Shown here piece after piece: positions 55,922 through 61,959 of a DNA stretch of 61,959 nt. The position numbers and the translations under genes were made by a program. The stretch covers positions 1-61,959 of the forward strand of contig JBEBGD010000022.1 of NCBI GenBank assembly GCA_040081625.1, written 5' to 3'. Every line of letters begins with the position of its first letter. Positions within the stretch are counted from its first letter, which is position 1. The notes under the pieces were generated by a model. The model searched no databases. It was not told the DNA's origin and worked only from the letters and a program-made list of their open reading frames with translations. This DNA is from Chthoniobacteraceae bacterium (GTDB taxonomy: Bacteria > Verrucomicrobiota > Verrucomicrobiia > Chthoniobacterales > Chthoniobacteraceae).

Positions 55922-56083
55922 CAGCGGCGCGGGACTGGCGGGAGTATTAAGGGTGGTCGCGAATGCGCGCAAGGGGCGGATGGAAAGTTTTATCACCACT
56001 CGCCACGAATCCGCCAACGGGAAGTCCCTCTTCTATCCTACTGGGCAGTATTCACTGTCAGGAGAACGACCACGCTCCCAGCC

Positions 56084-57565
56084 ATGCACTTCGCCCGCAT
56101 TATCACCGCCCTCAGCCTGGTCACCGCCGCCGGCGCCGCCGAACCGCCGAAGCTCAAGACTGAGAGCTTCGACCGCAACCCCGGCTGGGAGGAGCACAAC
56201 AACCACATCGTGCCGAAGAAGCCGCTGATGGTGAAACAGGATTTCGGCTACAGCGAGACGCACTTCGCCGGCACGGGTGCTGGGGAAATGGGCGGCGTCA
56301 TCCAGCGCGCGACCCGGCACGCCTCCTACGCCGCCACACTCACGCCGGCGAAGACCCTCGACGACAAGCTCACCGCGTCCGGCACTTTCGCGATCACCAA
56401 GTCATCGCCCGGCGCCGGCGTCTTCTTCGGCTTCTTCAACTCGCAGCAGCCCGGCGGCAGCGGACGGCCCATCGGCTCGCTCGGCTTGAACATGGACTTC
56501 GAAGCCACCGGCGGACGACTCGCCGTGCGGCTCATCACGGGCGGCAACAAATCGTGCGGCACCTTCATCACCCCGTATCTCCCCGGCAAATTCCGGCCGA
56601 CGCCGATCAAGGCCGACGGCACTCGCTATCATTGGACGCTCGACTACGACCCGCAAGGCGCCGGGGGAAACGGGCAGTTCAAGTTCACCATGCGCAGCGA
56701 TACGCACACGACGCAGGATTACGGTTCGCTGCCCGACGCCTCCGCGAAAGAAGCGCAGGCGCGCTTCCCAAGCACGACGACCTTCACCGTCGATCTCACG
56801 CCGGGCTACAAAACGGAGGGCGCGACCTTCGACCGCTTCGGCGTGAGCAACGGCATGAAATCCGGCGGCGCGGTCGCGCTGTTTTTCGACGACCTGCGAT
56901 ACAACGGACAAAAGCAGGACTTCGCGAAAGACCCCGGCTGGATCGGCGAAGGCAACCGCGTCAGCTTCGAGGATCGTGAAGTGACCGGCGCACACGACTT
57001 CGGATTCAGCGCGACGACCAGCCACGCCGGCGGCAAGCCGGGCGAAGTCGGCGGCGGCCTGTGGCGCAGCGGCGACTTCGGCTACTACGCCGATCGCGTC
57101 GGCCCGCTGGACCTCGAGCAGCGACTCGAAGCGCGCGGCAAAGTAAGGCTCGTCACCGCCGGCCCCGATTCCGACATGCGACTGGGCTGGTTCAACAGTG
57201 CCGCAAAGGACAAGGGGGCGGGCGACGCGGCGAATTTCTTCGGTATCCACGTGGGCGGGCCGACCCGCATCGGCCACTACTTCATCCCCGCGTTCACGAC
57301 CGCGAGCGGCAGCACGGGCAAAGTGGACAAAGGCCCGGTGCTCACACCCGGCAAGCTCTTCGACTGGTCGCTGATCTACGACCCCGCCGGCAACGGCGAG
57401 CTGCGCGTGACGCTCGGCACCGAATCCGTGACGCTCGCCTTGAAGCCGGGCCAGAAAAAACAAGGCGCGAGTCTGGACCGCTTTGGCCTGTTCACCTCGA
57501 CCTCCGGCGGGCAGATGGTGAAGATCTACCTCGACGACCTGACTTACACCGCCAGCAAACCATGA
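56084..57565 (+). CDS. Exported hypothetical protein made of two homologous domains
   Basis: ATG at 56084 with a signal peptide. Duplicated motifs F..[ND]PGW, DFG[YF]S, GE[MV]GG, YDP.G, DRFG, DDL.Y. Confidence 0.8.
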   Translation: MHFARIITALSLVTAAGAAEPPKLKTESFDRNPGWEEHNNHIVPKKPLMVKQDFGYSETHFAGTGAGEMGGVIQRATRHASYAATLTPAKTLDDKLTASGTFAITKSSPGAGVFFGFFNSQQPGGSGRPIGSLGLNMDFEATGGRLAVRLITGGNKSCGTFITPYLPGKFRPTPIKADGTRYHWTLDYDPQGAGGNGQFKFTMRSDTHTTQDYGSLPDASAKEAQARFPSTTTFTVDLTPGYKTEGATFDRFGVSNGMKSGGAVALFFDDLRYNGQKQDFAKDPGWIGEGNRVSFEDREVTGAHDFGFSATTSHAGGKPGEVGGGLWRSGDFGYYADRVGPLDLEQRLEARGKVRLVTAGPDSDMRLGWFNSAAKDKGAGDAANFFGIHVGGPTRIGHYFIPAFTTASGSTGKVDKGPVLTPGKLFDWSLIYDPAGNGELRVTLGTESVTLALKPGQKKQGASLDRFGLFTSTSGGQMVKIYLDDLTYTASKP

Positions 57566-58233
57566 CCACTCCCACCCGCATCATCCTCACGCTCTGCGCG
57601 CTCGCCACCACGGCCCTCGCGCAAAAGCCAGCCAAGCCGAACGTCCTCGCGCCCATCGAAGACCAGCCCGGACTTCCGCGCGTGCTCCTCATCGGCGACT
57701 CCATCTCGATGGGCTACACCTCGCCCGTGCGCGCGGCATTGGCAGGAAAGGCGAACATCCACCGCATCCCGCAAAACGGCGGCCCGACGAAAAACGGCGT
57801 CGCCAACATCGAGAAGTGGCTCGGCGCCGGGAAATGGGACGTGATCCATTTCAACTGGGGCATCCACGACTTGAAAATCATGCCCGACGGCAAGCGGCAG
57901 GTGGAGCCCGGCGATTACGAGAAGAACCTCCGCACCCTCGTCGCGCGGCTCAAATCCACCGGCGCGAAACTCATCTGGGCGACCACCACGCCGATCCCCG
58001 ACGGCGAACTCGTCCCACCGCGCGCCTTCGGCAAGGTGCCCGAATACAACGCCATCGCCGCGCGCGTGATGACGGAAAACGGCGTCGCGACCGACGACCT
58101 CAACACCGCCATCACGCCGCACCTCGCGGAATTTCAGAACCCGAAAGACGTCCACTACAAACCTGAGGGCTCCGCTTTTCTCGCGAAGCAGGTCGTCGCG
58201 AGCATCGAAGCCGCGCTCGCGCCGAAGAGGTGA
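57562..58233 (+). CDS. SGNH/GDSL hydrolase
   Basis: IGDSIS, FNWGIHD, DVHY (DxH). Signal peptide. ATGA overlap with the upstream gene. Confidence 0.9.
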   Translation: MTTPTRIILTLCALATTALAQKPAKPNVLAPIEDQPGLPRVLLIGDSISMGYTSPVRAALAGKANIHRIPQNGGPTKNGVANIEKWLGAGKWDVIHFNWGIHDLKIMPDGKRQVEPGDYEKNLRTLVARLKSTGAKLIWATTTPIPDGELVPPRAFGKVPEYNAIAARVMTENGVATDDLNTAITPHLAEFQNPKDVHYKPEGSAFLAKQVVASIEAALAPKR

Positions 58234-58279
58234 AAATCCGGCTCGACGATTTCCAATCCCCCGCCACCGTCCCAGCCCG

Positions 58280-59242
58280 ATGACTTTCGCCCAGCTCCGC
58301 TCCCTTTACGACCTGCCGCTCTTCGACCTCATCTCGCGAGGCCGCACCGCGTATCTCGAGCACTGGCAGGGCGGCGAGATGCAGCTCTGCACGCTGCTCT
58401 CGATCAAGACCGGTGGCTGCTCCGAAGACTGCGGCTACTGCGCGCAGAGCGCCCGCTACCAGACCGGCGTGAAAGCGGAGCGGCTCATGGAAACCGACGA
58501 CGTGCTCGCCGCCGCACACCGCGCGCGGGAGAATGGCTCGACGCGCTTCTGCATGGGCGCCGCGTGGAAAGGCGTGCGCGATGGCGACGCAAAATTCGAG
58601 CAGGTGCTCGGCACGATCCGCGAAGTCGCCAAGCTCGGCATGGAAGTCTGCGTCACGCTCGGCCAGCTCGGCGAAACCGAAGCGCAGAAGCTCAAGCAAG
58701 CCGGCGTCACCGCTTACAACCACAACCTCGACACCTCACCCGAGCACTACCCGAACATCGTCACCACGCACACCTTCGAGGATCGCCTCAACACCATCCG
58801 CCACGTCCAGCACGCCGGCATGGATGTCTGCTGCGGCGGCATCATCGGCATGGGCGAGTCCATCGACGACCGCCTCCGCCTGCTCGAAGTCCTCACCAAC
58901 TTCTCCCCTGCCCCCGAGAGCGTGCCGATCAACTGCCTCATGCCGCAGCCCGGCACCCCACTCGACGGCCAGCCGCCCGTCGATGTCTTCGAGCTCGTGC
59001 GCCTCATCGCCGTCACGCGCATCGCGCTGCCGCGCGCAAAAGTCCGCCTCAGCGCCGGCCGCACCCTGCTCACGCGCGAAGGCCAGGCGCTCTGCTTCTT
59101 CGCCGGCGCCAACTCCATCTTCTACGGCGACAAACTCCTCACCGCCGAAAACCCCGGCGTGGATGAAGACCGCGCCCTGCTCGACGAACTCGGCCTCGTC
59201 CCGCAGCCGCCGCGCCCCGAGTGCGCGCTCGCAGCGCGTTGA
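58280..59242 (+). CDS. bioB: Biotin synthase
   Basis: LSIKTGGCSEDCGYCAQS (radical SAM), RFCMGAAW, YNHNLDT, ESVPIN, RLSAGR, GANSIFYGDKLLT. Confidence 0.97.
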   Translation: MTFAQLRSLYDLPLFDLISRGRTAYLEHWQGGEMQLCTLLSIKTGGCSEDCGYCAQSARYQTGVKAERLMETDDVLAAAHRARENGSTRFCMGAAWKGVRDGDAKFEQVLGTIREVAKLGMEVCVTLGQLGETEAQKLKQAGVTAYNHNLDTSPEHYPNIVTTHTFEDRLNTIRHVQHAGMDVCCGGIIGMGESIDDRLRLLEVLTNFSPAPESVPINCLMPQPGTPLDGQPPVDVFELVRLIAVTRIALPRAKVRLSAGRTLLTREGQALCFFAGANSIFYGDKLLTAENPGVDEDRALLDELGLVPQPPRPECALAAR

Positions 59243-59275
59243 CTTTCGGCGGCCAGCCTGCCAGCAAAGGTGCCG

Positions 59276-61153
59276 ATGCCCGACGACGCACTGGAACCTT
59301 CCACGCCGACTGAGTTTGGCGGATTGAATCCCGGCGATTTGTTCGCCCACGCGTTGAAAACGCCTGGCGCGCGCGGCTGGACACCGCCGACCGTCGAGGA
59401 ACTCCAGCGCGCGCTGCCGCAATACGAAATCAGCGAGATGATCGGCCGCGGCGGCATGGGCGCGGTTTATAAAGGCGTGCAGCGCAGCCTCGATCGTTTC
59501 GTCGCGATCAAGATTCTCCCGCCCGGCATCGCGGACGATCACGACGTTCACTACGCCGACCGTTTCAAGATCGAGGCCAAGGCGATGGCGCATCTCGATC
59601 ATCCCGGCATCGTCGCCGTGCACGATGCGGGCGAGACGGCAGATGGGCTGCTCTACTTCGTCATGGATTTCATCGAGGGCACCGACGTGCAGCAGATGGT
59701 CGCCACGCAGGGCCGGTTGTCGCCGGAGCACGCGCTCGCCATCACCGCGCACGTCTGCGACGCGCTCGAGTTCGCGCACCAGAGCGGCATCGTCCACCGC
59801 GACATCAAGCCCGCGAACATCATGGTCGATCGGCATGGCCGCGTGAAGGTGGCCGACTTCGGCCTCGCGAAAGCCAGCACCCAGGAAAGCGGCGGCTTCA
59901 CCCGCTCGGATCTGGTCATGGGCACGCCCGATTTCATGGCGCCCGAGGCGAGGAGTTCCGTCGCGACGGCGGATCACCGTGCGGATCTCTACGCAGTGGG
60001 CGTGATGCTCTACACCATGCTCACGGGCGAAATCCCGCGCGGCCGTTTCGCGCTGCCCTCGACGACCGTCGCCGGCCTCGACCCGCGCTTCGACGCCATC
60101 GTGGACAAGGCCATGCAAGCCGACCGCGAGCAGCGTTACGCCAGCGCCGCCGCCTTGCGCAGCGATCTCGACCGCCTGCTCACCGAGCCGATCCCCGTGG
60201 ACGCCCCGCTCCCGCGCCGGAGCAAAGTGCCGATGCTCATTGCTGCCGCCGTCGCCGTGCTCGCCGTGGGTGGATGGTTCGTGTGGAAAGGCCAGCAGCA
60301 CCAAACGGCCAGCGGAACGCTTGCCCTACCCTCCGCCACCAAGGACGCGCCGTTCGTGAACTCCCTCGGCATGAAGTTCGTCCCCGTGCCGATCACCGGC
60401 GGACCCACCGACCAGCAGCGCGTGCTCTTCAGCGTGTGGGAGACGCGGGTGCAGGACTTCGACGCCTTCGTCCGGGACACCCGCCGCGAGTGGCCCCGCC
60501 CCCAGTTCGCGCAAGGACCCACCCATCCGGCGGTGATGGTGAGTTGGGACGACGCGCAGGCCTTCTGCGCATGGCTCACCGAGCGCGAGCGCAAGGCCGG
60601 CAAGCTCGGTGCAAACGAACGCTACCGCCTGCCGGCCGACCACGAGTGGAGCTGCGCCGTGGGCATCGGCGAGCGTGAGGACGCGGCGAGGCCTCCCCAT
60701 GAAAAGAATCAGAAGTTCGCCGATGTCTTCCCATGGGGGAGCGGCTGGCCGCCACCGCCCGGCACGGGCAATTACCGTGACGAAAAAAACGCGAAGCCCG
60801 GGGATCAGAACACCATCGCTGGCTACCGCGATCCTTTTACGACCACGGCACCCGTGGGAAGTTTTGCCGCCCATGCATCCGGGCTTTTCGATCTCGGCGG
60901 CAATGTGTGGGAATGGGCGGAAGACTTCATGAGGGATGGGCGGAAAAAAACCGTCCGCGGAGGCTCGTGGGGAAACGGTCCGGCGGCCATGCTCCAGTCG
61001 TCATCGCGCTCCGACCTGCCGCCGGACTATCGAGCTGACAATGCTGGCTTCCGCGTCGTCCTGTCCGCTTCGCCCGCGGCACTGCCCGCCGGCGGCTCGG
61101 TGCGCGAGTGGCCCACCCCGCGGCTCGACTCCGGCAAGCCTGCAACGAAGTAA
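59276..61153 (+). CDS. Ser/Thr protein kinase with TM and FGE-sulfatase (CLec-fold) domain
   Basis: GRGGMG, VAIK, HRDIKPAN, DFGLAK, MGTPDFMAPE. TM. VSWDDA, YRLPADHEW, DLGGNVWEW, RGGSW, GFRVV. Confidence 0.93.
   Translation: MPDDALEPSTPTEFGGLNPGDLFAHALKTPGARGWTPPTVEELQRALPQYEISEMIGRGGMGAVYKGVQRSLDRFVAIKILPPGIADDHDVHYADRFKIEAKAMAHLDHPGIVAVHDAGETADGLLYFVMDFIEGTDVQQMVATQGRLSPEHALAITAHVCDALEFAHQSGIVHRDIKPANIMVDRHGRVKVADFGLAKASTQESGGFTRSDLVMGTPDFMAPEARSSVATADHRADLYAVGVMLYTMLTGEIPRGRFALPSTTVAGLDPRFDAIVDKAMQADREQRYASAAALRSDLDRLLTEPIPVDAPLPRRSKVPMLIAAAVAVLAVGGWFVWKGQQHQTASGTLALPSATKDAPFVNSLGMKFVPVPITGGPTDQQRVLFSVWETRVQDFDAFVRDTRREWPRPQFAQGPTHPAVMVSWDDAQAFCAWLTERERKAGKLGANERYRLPADHEWSCAVGIGEREDAARPPHEKNQKFADVFPWGSGWPPPPGTGNYRDEKNAKPGDQNTIAGYRDPFTTTAPVGSFAAHASGLFDLGGNVWEWAEDFMRDGRKKTVRGGSWGNGPAAMLQSSSRSDLPPDYRADNAGFRVVLSASPAALPAGGSVREWPTPRLDSGKPATK
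60307..60329 (-). repeat. Degenerate single copy of the GTAG REP-like unit inside the second kinase
   Basis: GGCCAGCGGAACGCTTGCCCTAC versus GGCAAGCGGGGCGCTTGCCCTAC at 2521-2543: 20 of 23 identical, same reading frame. Confidence 0.65.
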
Positions 61154-61210
61154 CCATCCCGAGCACACCCCGCGCTTGCCGGCTGCGTGGAAACCCGGCA
61201 CGCTCCGTCG

Positions 61211-61959
61211 ATGCCCGCCGCCGACAAAGGCAAATTCCCCACGACGCACTGGACGCTCATCGCGCGGATCAAGTCGCCGGACGCGGCGGTCGCGGAGAAG
61301 GCGCTCGAGGAGTTATGCACAGACTATCACTTCCCGCTCTATTGCTATCTGCGGCGGCGGGGGTGCGCGCATCACGATGCGCAGGATGTGCTGCACGATT
61401 TTCTCATGCTGATCTTCCGGCGGCGTTCCTTCGAGCGGCTCGAAGAGCAAAAGGGACGGTTGCGCGGCTGGCTCTCCACTGCGCTCGGGCGGCACTTTGC
61501 CGAATGGCGCCAGAGCGAGGCGCGCCGGGAGCAGACCGCTGCGGCGGACGATGCCGGATTCGACCGCGGGCTCGACTTCGGGGCGATCGAGAATCGCTAT
61601 CAGCGCGAGCGCTTCCGCGAGGACGACACGCCGGATCGCATCTTCGAGCGCGAGTGGGCGGTCGAGCTGCTCAGGCACGTCATTGATAGTCTCGGTGCTC
61701 GTTATGCGGAGCGCGGGCGCGGCGCGGTCTTCGCGGCGTTGCGCCCGGTGCTCGAAGGCGGCGGCCATCTGCGCGAGGGGCAGAGCCAGGCGCTCGCCGG
61801 GCCGCTCGGCTTGAGCGAGGAGGCCCTGCGCCAGGCGCTCGCCCGGCTGCTGCGCGAATTTCGCGAGGAGCTGCACACCGAGGTGCGGCTCACCGTCGAG
61901 CACGCGGAGGAAGTGCCCGAGGAGCTGGCGCACCTGATGGGGTTGTTTCGACGGACGTA
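61211..61959 (+). CDS. ECF-type sigma-70 factor of the PVC kinase-associated type (stop probably cut by the window edge; not in the ORF track)
   Basis: ATG at 61211: MPAADKGKFPTTHWTLI..ALEELCTDYHFPLYCYLRRRG..DAQDVLHDF..KGRLRGWL..FEREWA. The frame stays open to a terminal 'TA'. Confidence 0.88.
   Translation, partial: MPAADKGKFPTTHWTLIARIKSPDAAVAEKALEELCTDYHFPLYCYLRRRGCAHHDAQDVLHDFLMLIFRRRSFERLEEQKGRLRGWLSTALGRHFAEWRQSEARREQTAAADDAGFDRGLDFGAIENRYQRERFREDDTPDRIFEREWAVELLRHVIDSLGARYAERGRGAVFAALRPVLEGGGHLREGQSQALAGPLGLSEEALRQALARLLREFREELHTEVRLTVEHAEEVPEELAHLMGLFRRT

Noticed and set aside
56039..56050. TACTG-GG-CAGTA palindrome in a divergent promoter region as an operator
   Set aside because: Too short, single occurrence, and no regulator nearby to support it.
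53081..57565. 1494-aa ORF as a single giant gene
   Set aside because: Only the part from ATG 56084 (signal peptide, duplicated domains) looks real; the rest is antisense to the cyclophilin gene. The same over-extension affects 43022-45484, 38794-40125 and 45481-47112.
1268..61153. A complete DGR cassette in the window, with one kinase as template for the other
   Set aside because: No reverse transcriptase, Avd-like gene or AAC-rich template repeat was seen, and the differences between the two kinase segments are not adenine-specific.

Overview
High-GC bacterial chromosomal window. The gene content (multidomain Ser/Thr kinases with FGE-sulfatase/C-type-lectin domains, an STK-linked ECF sigma factor, 'EPLExR' leader proteins, PVC-type TPR and beta-propeller proteins) suggests a PVC-superphylum organism, probably Verrucomicrobiota; this is inference. 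About 45 CDS can be supported, plus tRNA-Leu(GAG). Housekeeping genes (hisS partial, aspS, parB, argH, bioB, a DEAD-box helicase, an LplA/LipM-like ligase) alternate with accessory loci. The most notable observations are: (1) GTAG-type REP-like palindromes inserted in frame inside coding genes, namely a perfect 26-bp inverted doublet in a kinase linker, a degenerate copy at the matching junction of a paralogous kinase 58 kb away, and a 2x27-bp tandem hairpin inside aspS; (2) a locus of an outer-membrane barrel, a decaheme cytochrome fused to an LVIVD propeller, a ferredoxin and a divergent tandem GlcG/HbpS protein; (3) an export-like operon (barrel, adaptor, GAF-HlyD, M50 protease-HlyD) with no ABC transporter or TolC, and possible cargo proteins with EPLExR leaders 11-16 kb away; (4) an AT-richer three-gene islet ending in an HNH nuclease right after aspS; (5) modular kinases whose lectin-fold domain has a segment resembling a DGR variable region. 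No CRISPR array, integrase, transposase or reverse transcriptase was recognised. All assignments come from reading motifs by eye; no database searches were run.
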